64,000 nt of DNA from the human T2T-CHM13v2.0 reference genome, Homo sapiens. The position numbers were made by a program, and so were the translations under genes. Shown here piece by piece: positions 32,255 through 47,500 of this stretch. The number at the start of each line of letters is the position of its first letter. Within the stretch, counting starts at the first letter, position 1. The stretch lies in assembly GCF_009914755.1 (NCBI RefSeq), contig NC_060936.1; one strand, 5' to 3'. A model generated the notes under the pieces. It was not told where the DNA came from. It did no database searches and was given only the letters and a program-made list of their open reading frames with translations.

Positions 32255-32630
32255 TTTTTTTATTTTTAAAATTTTTTTTATTATACTTTAAGTTCTAGGG
32301 TACAGGTGCACAATGTGCAGGTTTGTTACATAGGTATACATGTGCCATGTTGGTTTGCTGCACCCGTTAACTCAACATTTACATTAGGTATTTCTCCTAA
32401 TGCTATCCCTCCCCCCTCCCCCAACCCCATGACAGGGCCTGGGGTATGATGTTCCCCACCCTGTGTCCAAGTGTTGTCATTGTTCAGCTCCCACCTATGA
32501 GCAAGAACATGTGGTGTTTGGTTTTCTTTCCTTGTGATAGTTTGCTCAGAATGATGGTTTCCAGCTGCATCCATGTCCCTGCAAAGGACATGAACTCATC
32601 TTTTCTTATGGCTACATAGTATTCCATGGT
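32255..32630 (-). mobile_element. L1PA 3' end, 5'-truncated
   Basis: ttattatactttaagttctagggtac...ggtttgttacataggtatacatgtgccatg L1PA 3'UTR; degenerate TSD atatatacNtaNtc. Confidence 0.9.
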
Positions 32631-34541
32631 GATATATACGTAATCTTATTTAGAGAAGATATGAACATGAAAATAGCTTTTCCCCTCATAAATAGTACCA
32701 AAGTGTTGTAGAGAGTTTATAAATCATAAAAAAATGCCTCCATATCACAGCACATTTTCATTAAATATATTTTACACATATTGTTCATTCAGGGAGTTGG
32801 AACTATAAACTTTTACTCTCTCTCTCTTTTTTTTTTGAACATTGGCTTTAGGATGTTTATTTTGAGCCTATCCAACCAAAGAATAGTATATTAGTAAGGG
32901 ATCTCTTGATAATGACAGAAGAAGAGACTAAATTAGTTTAAGTTAAAAAGGTAACTTACTATAAGGATGTTAGGATATTTCAGAGACTGAGGGTAGAATG
33001 AAGTGACAGGGACATTGGGACATTGGGATAAATGAAACCAAGGGTTTGACATCTGTTATGATGCGTTTGTCTCTCTCTATAATATCTGCTTTATTCTCCT
33101 TTTACACTGAAAATGAATTTTTATTACCTAGAGAGACTGGGTTGACTTTCCTGGTCTCAAGTTTAAACTCTCAGGGAAGAGTGTGAAGTTGTCTCAGGGT
33201 TTGGTTCCCACCTCTGAACTAACCGATTTTTGCCTAGAGGTAGGTGGTATTTATTCAATAGATGTTCATCGCTTATTACATGCCAGACACAATTCTAGAC
33301 AGTGAATCAAGCAGGCAAGGTCTTTGCCTTCATAAAAACTTACTTCCTACAGGAGAGAGAAAGACTAAACAAATAAATGTATACTCTGTATGCAATGGGG
33401 GAAAAGAAAGTAGTTTTGAGTGCTGGGTCAATTAGGAAGAGAATGTAATAATAGAGCTTTGGACTTAGCAGTGATAAGATAAATAGGTGACTTACTGAAG
33501 GTATTTTTGGTCTAGAGTTTGGGTTAGAAACCATGGCAATGTTTTAAGGAATAAATAAATAAATAACTATCCGTACACACACACATACACGTAGTATTAT
33601 GTATGTATTTTTCTCTGTTCCTCAAATTATTGCCATCTGTTTCTATTATATAAATATATAAGATGTACATATTTTATATCGTCTTGTGCCTATATGTATA
33701 CAATGCACACATATGTATAGATGCACATAGTTTCTAGACATTTGGTGAGAAACTAGAAGAAAGAAATGGAGAAGTGCTAAAAATGGAAGAAGGGCCAAGG
33801 GAAAATTTTGTTGTTGGTGGTGGGGCAGATAGTTTTATTTGGGGGATAAGATTAATTGACCTGCTGATATTTGTGGGAGAAGGAGCTAGATTAAAGTGGA
33901 GATAAAAAGATATAGATGAAAGATAGCATCTCTGAAGGTTTCTGTGGTCTGGGACTTAAGACACAGGTAGAAATGGTGGCTTAGAGAGGACAAGAGGAGA
34001 GACCCTGGTTTCTCAAATATAGGCATGGGTGAGATAAAGATTGGTACTATATTAGGTATTTTTGAGGTATAGAAACAGGAAGGTGAATATTCTTCTCTCT
34101 GTTGAACCTGATAACCTGATATCTCTTTAACCTGATAACCTCTGTTTTACTGTGAAAAAGAAGATCCCATGATAAAGATGGAGGGGCTTGATGATGCAAT
34201 GGGTTTAAGGAAGTGGTCAAGGTTTGGAACAGTGGCCCTAGGGAGTTGGGAAGTGAACTGACTCAGAACAAATGAAAGGGTTGCTGATTATCATGAAGAT
34301 TGTTAGCCACTATAAATTTGAATGATACCAATCTGGATTGTTGAGCAGTGTTCTTTTTGAGAGCTCAGTCATCCAGAAGAGAATTTCAGCATGATTCATC
34401 TGGGTGGGGACTGCTCAGGCTTGCTGTATTGGAAACAAAGGATGGAAAATAAATGGAGAGTTCTAGTAAAAGCATTATTCATTTGATTGACAGGGGGTTG
34501 TGGTTGGACATGGAAAACAGGTGAGGGAGATGATGGTCTGG

Positions 34542-35608
34542 TATTGGGGGAACCTGCCCCCAATATTTTAACATAGGTTCTATTTTCCATAAGTGTTGGC
34601 CGGCTGAGAAATAAAGAGAGACAGTATAAAGAGAGGAATTTTACAGCTGGGCCGCCAGGGGTGACATCACATATCAGTAGGACTGTGATGCCCGCCTGAG
34701 TCTCAGACCAGCAAGTTTTTATTAAGGGTTTCAAAAGGGGCGGGGGTGTAAGAACAGAGAGTAGGTACAAAGATCACATGCTTCAAAGAGCAAAAAGCAG
34801 AAGCACTGATAAGGGTCTAACAAAGGTCACATGGCAAAGGGCAAAAGCAGAACCACTGATAAGGGTCCAACAAAGATCACAGGGCAAAGGGCAAAAGCAG
34901 AACCACTGATAAGGGTCTATGTTCAGCAGTGCATGTATTGTCTTGATAAACATCTTAAACAACAGAAAACAGCATTTGAGAGTAGAGAACCGGTCTGACC
35001 ACAAATTTACCAGGGTTGAGTTTCCTCAACCCTAGTAAGCCTGAGGGTTCTTCAGGAGACCAGGGCTTATCTCAGTCCTTATCTCAACTGCACAAGACAG
35101 ACATTCCCAGAGCTGCCGTTTATAGACCTCCCCCCAGAAATGCATTCTTTTCCCAGGGTATTAATATTAATATTCCTTGCTAGGAAAAGCATTTAACGAT
35201 ATGTTTCCTACTTGCATGTCCGTTTATAGGCTCTCTGCAAGAAGAAAATATGGCTCTTTTTGCCCGACCCCTCAGGCAGTCAGACCTTATGGTTGTCTTC
35301 CCTTGTTCCATAAAAATCACTATTATTCTGTTCTTTTTCAAGGTGCACTAATTTCATATTGTTCAAACACACATGTTTCACAATCAATTTGTACAGTTAA
35401 CGCAATGATCACAGTGGTCCTGAGGTGACATACATCCTCAGCTTACGAAGATAACAGGATTAAGAGATTAAAGACGGGCATAAGAATTATAAAAGTATTA
35501 TTTGAGAACTGATAAATGTCCATATTAAGATGAAATCTTTACAATTTATGTTCCTCTGCCGCAGCTTTAGCCCGTCCCTCTGTTCGGAGTCCCTGACTTC
35601 CTGTAACA
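34542..35608 (-). mobile_element. MER11 (HERV-K11 family) solo LTR
   Basis: Reverse complement begins TGTTACAGGAAGTCAGGGACTCCGAACAGAGGGAC, matching the MER11 5' end; 6-bp TSD gtctgg at 34536-34541 and 35609-35614; internal gcaaaagcagaaccactgataagggtc repeats. Confidence 0.88.
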
Positions 35609-36745
35609 GTCTGGGAGGAGTGGGCAGGGGCCTAAAGATTTGGATGAAACTCAACAGCTGAGATGGGAGTAAGAAAGGGGAAAGGATTTGTGGGTGTGGT
35701 CACATGACATGTTGTAACAGAAGTAAACCATTCTTTAGTAGTGATTCCCAAGTAGGGTGTGGTCTTTAGAGAGTGAGTCCTAAAGTGGAGTGGAGAGATG
35801 GCTCATTGACACAGAGAATATTTAGGAACTCAGTTGGATCATCCACCAAACATTAAACAAGCATCATGTCCTACATAGTAATTATATGGATAGAAGAGGA
35901 TAAGGGTGGATAGCGAATGGGAGTGGGTCATTTTCCAAAAATGGATGGAGAGTGCTGGGGAGACAAAACAGTAGATACCTGTTACAAGCAATGGCTGGAT
36001 GTATTTGGATCCCATTCAAGAAATTTTCTCAGCATAGGAAGCTAAGGCAAATTTAGACCAAAATATCCAGTTTGGAGAAAAGTCATCTGTCTATATTGAA
36101 GATTGATTGAGAATCACACCATTAAGCTAATGGTATTAATTATAAACAGGACATTTGGTTTTGTAATTGCAACATTTTGTTAAATTATTCTGTTGCAAAC
36201 TTTTATCTCTTATACTAAAATCACATTTCAGTTATGGCTTAGATTTTAATTCTCCTGGTGGTATAAGTAATCAGCCCTGAAAAAGCACTTTCGATTTCAA
36301 GTGATTTATTGAGTACAAATTATTTTAAAATAATGCAAGTGAATTCTCTCTCTCTTTTTTTTTTACTTACAGTAGAAAAGATTATATGATGTAGTCAGCT
36401 TTATTTCTTCTATTTGGCAGTTTCTCCTTTTTTTCTTACTAAAAACCTATGAAATTATATGGAATATTAGAGAAGGAATCATAACCTTCTGTAAATCTTG
36501 GTGAGGACTCTTGATTTAATTTCCTGATGAACTCCGAACTTGTCACCTCTCATTCTCTGATCCAATTTCCTAATAAACTTTGAACTTGTCTTCTTCTTCT
36601 GTCTCTGCTCATGGCAGTTGATTCTTCATTACTTCATGAACTATTAATCATTTCCTCCTAATAGTTATCTGCTCCTCTTGTTCATTATGGATTTTGCTAG
36701 TGGAATTATTTTTTTCATATTGCTAAATGGCTTCTACCACTGTTC

Positions 36746-37060
36746 TGTGGTGAGCAGGTCTGTGCAAACCTATCCCCAAAGACTGAGGAGCTGAGAGGCT
36801 GAAGAAAGAGGCTGACACATCCGTTTTCACAGGAAACAACATTTAATAGGGCCTTACTAACAGAAGCCATGTCTCGGTACCTGTGAGATGATGGATCCTT
36901 GCCCTGTTATCCTCCAGACGCAGGGCTTATACACCATGGGGAATTTGCCTAAGGGAAGGATTCATGGTAAGTAAAAATCTTAGAGGCCTTCTCAGAACTA
37001 GGGTTGATCAGAAGTCAACATGATGGATTAGCATTTAAGATGGAGTTACTTTGACCTGCA
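36746..37060 (-). mobile_element. ERV1-class LTR remnant (subfamily uncertain)
   Basis: Reverse complement reads AAAGTAACTCCATCTTAAATGCTAATCCATCATGTTGACTTCTGAT, resembling ERV1 LTR 5' ends. Confidence 0.55.
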
Positions 37061-37583
37061 GAACCACCAACAGAATAAAAGCTAAACTCCTTTGATTGAT
37101 ATCCGAAGCTATTTATGATCTACTTCTTCCTCACTCCAAACCTGATCTTTCACATTCCACATACTGCAGGGAAATATTTGCTGGTTCTCAAACTTGCCAT
37201 GTTATCTCATGTCCCAGTGTTTTTTTGCGTATGTGCTCTCCCATGCCCATTATGCTCCTCTCTGCTTTGTCACCTTGGCTAGTTTTCCATTTTCCTTCAA
37301 ATCTCAGTTCAAGCATTATCTCCTCTGTGACACTTTCTCTGACTCCCTCCCGTAAGACTTCAGTTGTCTTCTCTTCAGCTCCTGCTTGTGACTACTTGTA
37401 CCAAAGAGTCACAGCCATGCAATGATAGGGAAAATAATTAAAAATTTAATGCAAACATTAATGTTCTTATTGGCTTGGTATATGATAAATGTTTCTGCCC
37501 TGGTTCCCAAATAATTAGCATTTATTCATTATTCATTTTTAAAAGGACATATTTAACAATTTGTACATGCAAACTTCTGATAG

Positions 37584-37619
37584 GTGATGATGATGGTGAT
37601 GATGATGATGATGATGATG
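37584..37619. repeat. (GAT)n microsatellite
   Basis: gatgatgatggtgatgatgat... Confidence 0.9.
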
Positions 37620-38740
37620 TTGTGTGTATGTTGGGAGGAATGGGATTGCTAATGACGAGCACAGAAATTTTTGTTACAGAAATATTGGAATGCCTTACAA
37701 AAATGATCAGAATCATTTCTTGAGATCAACTAAACAGCTTCTTTTTTTTATATAATTCTCTAATAAGATACCAAACACAGATATTATATAGAATGCCACT
37801 ATCCCTTTCATTTAATCAACTTGTAAGTCTTCCTTCATTTATTTTGTTATGGGAAGTCTCTTCTTAGTAGATTCCAGAAGGACAATACAGTATTGCCAAT
37901 TTAAGGGATGTGTGAGAAAGAGTGAATGATTCTGTGAGCACATGATTTAATATACTTCATTGGTTATAAATTTAATTTTTCTGTGAGACATAAATGTTAT
38001 GATTTTGTGACTCTTTAGGTAATAACATAATTCAGGAGCAATTCTGAAATCAGAATTGATATGTTTAGAATTTTTTTTAGTTTAAAATGGAATCTTTGGG
38101 TATTAGGATTTATAAAAGTTAAATTCCATTGGAATGTCAGTTTATACTCTTCCAGTACCTCTCTCTCTCATTTGCTTGGATGATTCTAGTTTTTTTTTAA
38201 AATGTGTTTTAATAATGCATCCTAGCTTTTGGGGGGATTATACTTTAGACATATCCATGAATAGAGACATCCAAAATTCTTATGCCTACAATTAGGACTT
38301 ATATTCAAGGAGAATTTAATTTCTTGAGCTTATTCAAGAAATAATTTTTATTCCAAAAAGGAATTGAAATTATTTGCAACATACATGCATAATACAGTAG
38401 AAGTAGAAAATCAGGACCACGGAAAAGGCAGAATCAAATTTGTTTTGATTTCATGGGTTTCAAAACCTTGCTTGGTTTTGAGCTTCCTCAGAGCTGAGCA
38501 CAAGGGGAAACTACATCACTGTCGTTATCAGCAGTGATGAAAATTGTAAGTTCAACAGAGGTCTTTTTCTTTGCACCAAATTGTAGAACTTCCTTGCTAT
38601 AAATTTTGGTAAAGCATTTCTTTTTTCTTGTGCTTGGTACAAGAGATGCTGAATGGTGAAGTGGCAAATGCAGAAATGGATTTCATATTCTTGTGTCTTA
38701 AAGCAAACGTTCATCAAAGTGTAGAGTATAACATTTAACC

Positions 38741-39337
<597 letters not shown>

Positions 39338-39957
39338 TTAATCATGAAAGCAAGCCTGTGATGCTTTATTTCATGAAAACATTTCTATGAAGGGCAAAGT
39401 GATAAGGGTTCAAGTTACTTTGACTGAATAGCTTTATCTGAGGATGGATTTTAGAACATCAAGACTGTAATAATGTATTTCTCAGACAAACTCCTTTCCT
39501 ATTATTTACCTTCTCTCTTTTACTTTTGTTTTCCAACATGTGCAGAGATCCTCTATTAGTTGTCATTTTCTTTTTAACACTGCCCTTTTAACACATTGTC
39601 AGATGACCTCCACCATAAGGAGCTGTCAGTCTCTCAACAAGAATGATGTTCTTTGTATTCATTGAAGGTATTACTTAGCTGAAACTGGAGTGGTTGGAAG
39701 GCAGGCCACCTCAGAATGAGTTGGTAGGTGTTGCATCTGAAAATGATTCTAAACCTGTTAATACTGCATACTTCCTTTTCCAAACATGTGTTTGCTTATA
39801 TAGTTATTTGTATAATGTTTCATTAATGTCTGATTTCCCAGCTATACCCGAAACTCTATGAGTGAGAGATTATGTTGATCTTGCTTACCTTTTAATTTTC
39901 AGTGCCTAAAACAATGCCTGGCACAGTAGCATTCCATACATTTGATTGAATAAATAA

Positions 39958-40294
<337 letters not shown>

Positions 40295-41318
40295 CAGTAT
40301 TGCCTTTTTATTGTAAGATATAGAAAGGTATTTATTTGTTCATTTATAAAAAATAAGACATGGTCTCTGATCTCAAGGAATTTAAAATCTGGTTAAAAAG
40401 ACAAGATATATATGCATGAAAAATTAAACACTCTTGATGATACAAGAAAATGTGTATCGAGTATCAAATGAATAGTATGGACTGTGAGTGCTGTGAGAAT
40501 TTAGGAGAGAGGATCATAGTGGGCCAGGACAGGGGAAGAAAGCTTTGTTGCCCATGTGGGACCTAAATTGAGTCTCAAGCGTGAGTGGGATTAAAATAGT
40601 CAGATATGATGAAAGGTATTCCTTATAGATTTCAGGTCATGGGGTAGAAAGTGTGAGCAAAGATGGAGACAACTCAGCTTTTTTTTGGAGTTGGGGTAAA
40701 AGCTGAAGAATTCATGCTCATTTTGACTGAGAACAATTTATGTTAGGAAAGAGGCGTTGCAGTGAAAAGGTAGGTTGGGCCAAAATTCTTTGGTCTTTAA
40801 ATGCCAGTCTTCTATCTTTAGACTTTATCTCTTCCATTACAGTCTTTAAGTCAACGAAAATATTTGAACAATGTGTGAGATGATGACAAGATTAATCTTG
40901 AAGCAGAATTTAAGGGGAATTGGAAAGGGAGAGATTTGGGGAGTAAAACAGAAGTAAGAAGTTATTTTGGGGGCTGCCTGCAATAATTCTGGCTTATGTT
41001 TGTTCAGACTAGTCTAAAATAAGGGGTGGAGCAAAGGCAAGCAGATTGGGGTATGTGAGGCGATGTGAAACCTCCACAACTGATAGGATATGAGTAGGCA
41101 AGAGTGAGAGTGAAATGAAAGGTAACTAGGAAGATTAGGCTGGGAGACTGGAGGAGTGATTATCCTACTGAAAAAAAAAAAAAGTCCATAGTGGAATCTG
41201 GTTAGAGAAGAAGATAATGAGTTAAGGAAGTGATGACAGCAGGTCATGAGCACATAAGTGATGGCTCATTTACCTTGAACAGTTCACAGAACAGTAAAGG
41301 TGTGTGTTACTAAGCTAA

Positions 41319-41656
<338 letters not shown>

Positions 41657-41957
41657 CAGGCCCACCACTTCTTATCCAAAACCTTGAGGCCAGATGTGTT
41701 TCAGAATTTAGAGCATTTGCCTTTATTTAAGGTCACCCTGCTAAATACCCCATCATCAGACATGTTAATATTTCTGTATATATGTATACATATTTACATG
41801 AAGTTGGATAAGTAAAGACCACAGACAGACTCAAGTAAGTTCAGGTTAGGTGTTGCTACTAAATGGATTCAGGTTTGGTCAGGTTTTGCGAATAAATTAG
41901 TTACAAAAATCAGAGTCTTTTGGATCTTGGAACTGTGGAAACTGGATTGTGGACCTG
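41657..41957. mobile_element. MER46C-like Tigger MITE
   Basis: Inverted ends caggcccac.../...gattgtggacctg followed by TA; internal ggccagatgtgtttcagaatt. Confidence 0.6.
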
Positions 41958-41980
41958 TACTTGACTATGATAAGCATTTC

Positions 41981-42145
<165 letters not shown>

Positions 42146-43206
42146 TAGCCAGCTGCATAAAAATCATGATTTTTAAAAAATGCTGTAGTTAAAAAAATAG
42201 AATAATTTGATAACTAAATATCTGCCATAGATGAATACATGCTAAAGATGTACTTTTCTTGTGTTTATATTATGCAAATCATTAAGGGGTTTGCTATTTT
42301 CTATGTACCTATGTCTGTTTTAGTTTGAAACAGGAAGTTTGGGGACAAAAGCATCCTCAATATATCCAGAGATTTGGGAAGACAAATTCTAGTTTGTATA
42401 TTTCATTTTACTGTAACAAAAAGGATATCTCCCATACAATACCAAGTAACTCAACAATATTTTGTCATTTAATGAATTTAATAAAGTGAAATGCCTGTTT
42501 GTCTTCTATTTTCTTAGCTTTAAGCTTAGTTTGAATTTTTTTGGTATGTTGAACTGCACATATGATTTTATCATTTCAAAATAGAAGAGGTTAAAAGATT
42601 CTGAAAAGCATGGTCAAGGTAGTCATGGTAATACAGGAATATCAAAACATGAAGAATTCGATATTTAGGAATAAAAAACTATTATTTTAATACAATGATA
42701 TGGGTATGGTTTGACTTCCTTTGTGTTAATTTGAGATCTGAATAGCTGAATAGTATAAATAACCAACAAGTTATCATGGTCGTTGAGAGTATATTAAAAC
42801 TGTATTTATGACTACTCAGGGCAAATGTCAACAACTGATTATTTTAATAATTGTATTATCAGAGTGCTAAGGACTTTTTTGGGGAAATTATTTGAACAGA
42901 CGCTGTCTATATAGCCAAATGCCATGTAGAATATCTATAGTTTTAAGCTTTGCCCCCTCAAAATGTTATATTAGATACTCATGACAAATATTTAATGTTG
43001 TGTCACCATCTTCATTCTCAACCAGTCTGTATGGAGTTCTGGAATCATACTTCTTCTAGGTGCTTGAATTGTCAAGACCCAGTCCTTTTTCACAGAGTTA
43101 GTAATTTTAGAGCCCAAAGTGACCAACAGAATTTAAGTTAGAGAAAAATGTTATTTCAAAGTTTGGAGTGACCTTCTGGCATAAGGAATTTAAAAAAGCA
43201 GTTCCT

Positions 43207-43543
43207 CATGTCTATCACTATGAAACAGTCCCTCATACCCCATCACAATCCTCCTCCTCCCTCTCCAAACCACTCCTGTCAACTATAAATTAGTTTGCAT
43301 TGTCTAGAATTTTATATAAATGAAAACATACAGTATATACTCTTTTTTGTCAGGCTTCTTTCATTCAGCATAATTTTGAAATTCATTCATGTTTTATGTA
43401 TCAATACTTCATTCCTTTTTATTTCTGACTGGTATTGTGTGACTATGTCAAAATTTGTTTACCCATGGTATCTGTTGATAGACATTTCTATTTTTTTCAG
43501 TTTTTATATATCACAAATCTATGAACACTCATGAAAAAAAAAT
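43207..43543 (+). mobile_element. TSD-flanked, poly(A)-tailed insertion made of an antisense ancient L1M 3'UTR fragment
   Basis: 15-bp direct repeat aaaaaagcagttcct at 43192-43206 and 43544-43558; A tract 43534-43542; body has L1M antisense motifs (ggcttctttcattcagcataat). Confidence 0.7.
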
Positions 43544-46500
43544 AAAAAAGCAGTTCCTTAAAAAGACATGAGATAGATTAGGAAAGGTAACCTGGAAAAT
43601 TATTGATATTTGATGTTTTAAAAAATTCCCAGGAACACCCTTCTTCAGAGGGAGATTTGGTGTGTTGGAGCTACTGAACTTTGTAGCCCTTTTCAAAAAG
43701 CTGATCTTATTACTTTGTGTTCCTGTTATGTTCTCTCTCCTAGAGCAGGAAAGCAAGGTAAGGCTGGAAATCCCAAGGACATGGCCATTTCCTCCCACAC
43801 CTGCTTATTAGGTGCCTTCATTAGTTTGCAGTGCAGTCAGTTGCACATCCATTAGCGCTAAAGGGCAATGAGCTTCATGCAGCTTTCAGTGTGATAGAAT
43901 CGTCTGGCTGCTCTAGTTCCCCTAGGACAGAGGATACAAACACTGTAAAAGGATACCTCAAGGACTTAATAAACTAACTTAGGTTAGAGCATTATAATTA
44001 AGCAATTATGAACCAGGGTGCCTGTCTAGGTACTTTTTTTTTTTTTTTTATTGTACTTGATACAAATGAGTCATTCAGGGACCAAGGGACTCTTTTCTTA
44101 CCAGGTCCAATCATTGCCTCCACGTCCTTTTCTCATTTCCTACCCATGGGAGGTAATGCTAGAAGTTTTTCACAAAGGGGGCTATCACATGGAATTACAG
44201 AAGGCAGACTCATATACATGGTGTGCAGAGGGAAACCACTTCACTATTAGTGAGATGTAACCAGCCAGGGTGGAATTTGACAGCTGGTTAAATAACATAT
44301 GGTAAAATTGAAAATGAAAAGTGCTTGATTACTTGATTCATTTAAAACCATATTGATAGAGGTCTTAGTTTGCTTATTCTTCAAATAAAGGGGTAATCAG
44401 TCCTGGCTGAGTAGAGTACTGTGATTTGAGAGGATGCTGCCAGAATTTTCCCCTGATTTATTTCCTTTTATCTTTTATTAATTCCTACAACTAGAATCAT
44501 TTCTTGAAGATATTTTCACTGGGTTTAAAATATTATGCTACTTGAGAGGTGTGATGAACTAACAAGGATGTTAACAATCCCATCATAGAGAGATCTGTGC
44601 CCAAAGGATAAATAAGTGGTGGTAGGTGGGAGGAAGTAGGCGAATGTGCTGATATGGTAACTATGTTGCCCTGCACGGTTCTGGATAGAAGCACGGGTCA
44701 AAGAAACGCTGTTAGAAGATTTAGGGATATGCAGAGGGTCAGACTGGAATAAGGGGCTTCTCCAAAGACAGGCTTTAGTTGTTTTACTGTGGTGGCCTTG
44801 ACACTATATCTGATTTTGAGTATCACAGGTGGTCCAAGCAGTCCTATTGTTTTTAATTTGGATTCCTATCGTGGCTGTGACCCAGAGTTATTGTTGATGG
44901 GTAAATAGAAATGTACAGGGTTGATCTGCCTGCCTCCAAGGTCATAACAGTAGCCAGCAGTAAAATTGGAACATAAACCGAAGCCTCCTGATTCCCAGAC
45001 AGGCGCCTTTTCAGGCATCCCAGATGGCGAACTGGCAGCCGGTGTGCCTTGTCTGCCTTAGGACCGGATTGTGCTAGGCCACTCCCTACAGTTTTGCTCT
45101 GCATTGCCTGTGTTCTGGCATCTTTTTCTGGCACCACCTCCTGCCTGACCAGCTCTCACTTTTGGTTAAAGAAAGTCATTTAGTCGCCCCCACAAGAAGT
45201 CCTATAGTTTCAGGGCAAAGTCTGTCATTGCTGTGGAGCCCAGAGAAACTCAGTACAATGCTTCCTGTCCTTGTGGCCATCAGTAACCTCATTTTCTTGG
45301 CTGGACTATACTTTTTCCCCTTAATTTCAGAGGAGTGAAATCTAGATATTCTTAGGCTACTCCATGCTTGTTATGATACTTTGTGTGTCGTTGAGGATGT
45401 AGCCATTGAAATGGACAGACTAGCTAAGAGTAACCAGCAAATACACACAAACCTGAGAGAGTGAGTTGGAACTTGCTCTTCAGTATCTCAGGGAAGAGTG
45501 TCTTTTATGTCCTTTCCACTTTATTCCTGTTTGAACTGTGCTGTTTTTCAACATCATCATTGACAAATGTGTTGAATACCTGTTATTTGCAAGGGAAAGC
45601 ACCAGGTGCCATGAGCCTCTGCCTTTTAGGAGGGAAAATTATCAAATATGATAATTGCCAGCACTGCAGTGGGAGTGGAAGGGACAGTCTCTTTTGAAGG
45701 GGGCAAGAAGTCAAACCGAAGAGAAATCATCAAATAAAGCTTCCTAGAGAAATAGGAGTTTGTGGGAATCATAGAATCTCAGAGTGAATGGAATTGGTGA
45801 GAGCTTTCTTGTTACATTTTCAGCCAATCTCTGAGCACCTCCAACAAAGGCGATTATCCCCAAAGAAGTCTCTGTGTTCGGTTACTGTTTCTGCATTTCC
45901 TGTGTGTGAACCTGAGCTTTGCCATTACAACTCCAGCGGAATTCTGTTGGAGGGAGGAGGGCCTTCCAAGCTGGAGAAGTGGCAAGCGCAAAGTTGTGGG
46001 GAAGGAACGGGCAAAATGGTTGCAGTGTAGAGTGTGAACAGGCCAGTGTTTCTGGATCAGTAGTTTTGGGTAGACTGGCAGCAGGAAAGAGAAACTTCAG
46101 TGCAAATTGTGAAGGGTCTGGAATTCCAGATTTGGGAGCTTAAAATTCATTCTGAAAATGATAGGAAGCCATGGAGCATATCTCTCCCTTCTTGATTTGT
46201 AAATGTAAAAAGTTATATAAACCTATTGTGGGAAAAAAACAGAATATATGAAGTCAAAGAAGAAAAATTTTTTGATCAAAAAGATGACGAGATCAAAACA
46301 GTATCGTAGAAAATGCATGCAGGCTTAGTTGGCCTTGAGGCAGGGAGGTGTGCCACAGTTGCTGGGGTATAACTGACCTCAAGTGATCAAGGCTTGATTT
46401 AGAAGTGGTGGCAATGAGAATGAAATGGAGGGGAAGGAAGGAAGAGAATATGTGAGGAAGACTGATAGTGCAAATACAGTTTTCTTCTATTCTAAATAAC

Positions 46501-46751
46501 ATCATTTTAAGGACTCCTATTCCCTGAGTCCATTCCCATCATATACTGAACATAAGGCATAACAATCTATTTCTAAAATTGGCAACTTAAATTATCATTA
46601 GATCATCTTACTTTATTCTCCAAGTTTGCTGAAAGAAACAAATGTGTGGTTCTGGTGGTTATTTGTGACACTAGAAGAGACTTTAAGAAAAAACAGATTT
46701 ATGCTCACTGATACTAAGCTATGAAGGTGTTAATGTCATTGAGTTTCTTCT

Positions 46752-46929
46752 TCTTATTATTATACTTTAAGTTCTGGGGTACATGTGCAGAATGTGCAGT
46801 TTTGTTACATAGGTATACACGTGCCATGGTGGTTTGCTGCACCCATCAACCCATCACCTACATTAGGTATTTCTCCTAATGCTATCCCTCCCCTAGTCCC
46901 CCCACCCCGTGACAGGGCCCAGTTTGTGA
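46752..46929 (-). mobile_element. L1PA 3' end fragment
   Basis: ttattatactttaagttctggggtacatgtgcag...ccccgtgacagggccc. Confidence 0.85.
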
Positions 46930-47034
46930 AGAATTTCTTTTTTGAAGCTTAGCATTTGTTGAATTTGTGGATCATGCTCATTAATTTGTCTCATTTGCAA
47001 AGTACAGGAGCCTTAATGATATAGGACTTGATTT

Positions 47035-47500
47035 TGTTCATTCAATAAACACTTAGAATTTTCTAGGCCCTGGGGATCCAGCATTGAACCCAACAAGGTC
47101 CCTGCTGTGACTGAGCTTACAGTCTAGTAGGAAAAGATGGATAATAAACAAATAAATCATTATATATTATATCAGAGGGTGATAAATGCTGTGGTGAATA
47201 ATAAAGCAGGGAGAGTCTAGGGAGGGGTCCAGAGAGTTCCCGGAATTCCCTCCCTAATGAGATGATCTGAAGAAGATGAAGGAACAACCTATGTAGCTTT
47301 CTGGGGGAAGACATCCCAAGAAGAGGGCAGGGCAGCCCTGAAAGCCCCAGAGCAGTGGTGTGTTGAGAGTGTTTAGTGAACAAGGTGGCAAGGAGGTCAG
47401 TGGCTGGAGCAGCGGGAACAGAAAAGAGAGTAGGAGGAGAAGTGGAGGGAGGTGGGACAGCCGGTCATAGGTTTTATAACAAGGCTTTATAACAAGCCTT
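47035..47500 (-). mobile_element. L2 element fragment
   Basis: ttcattcaataaacactt end; gagcttacagtctagtagg motif. Confidence 0.65.
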
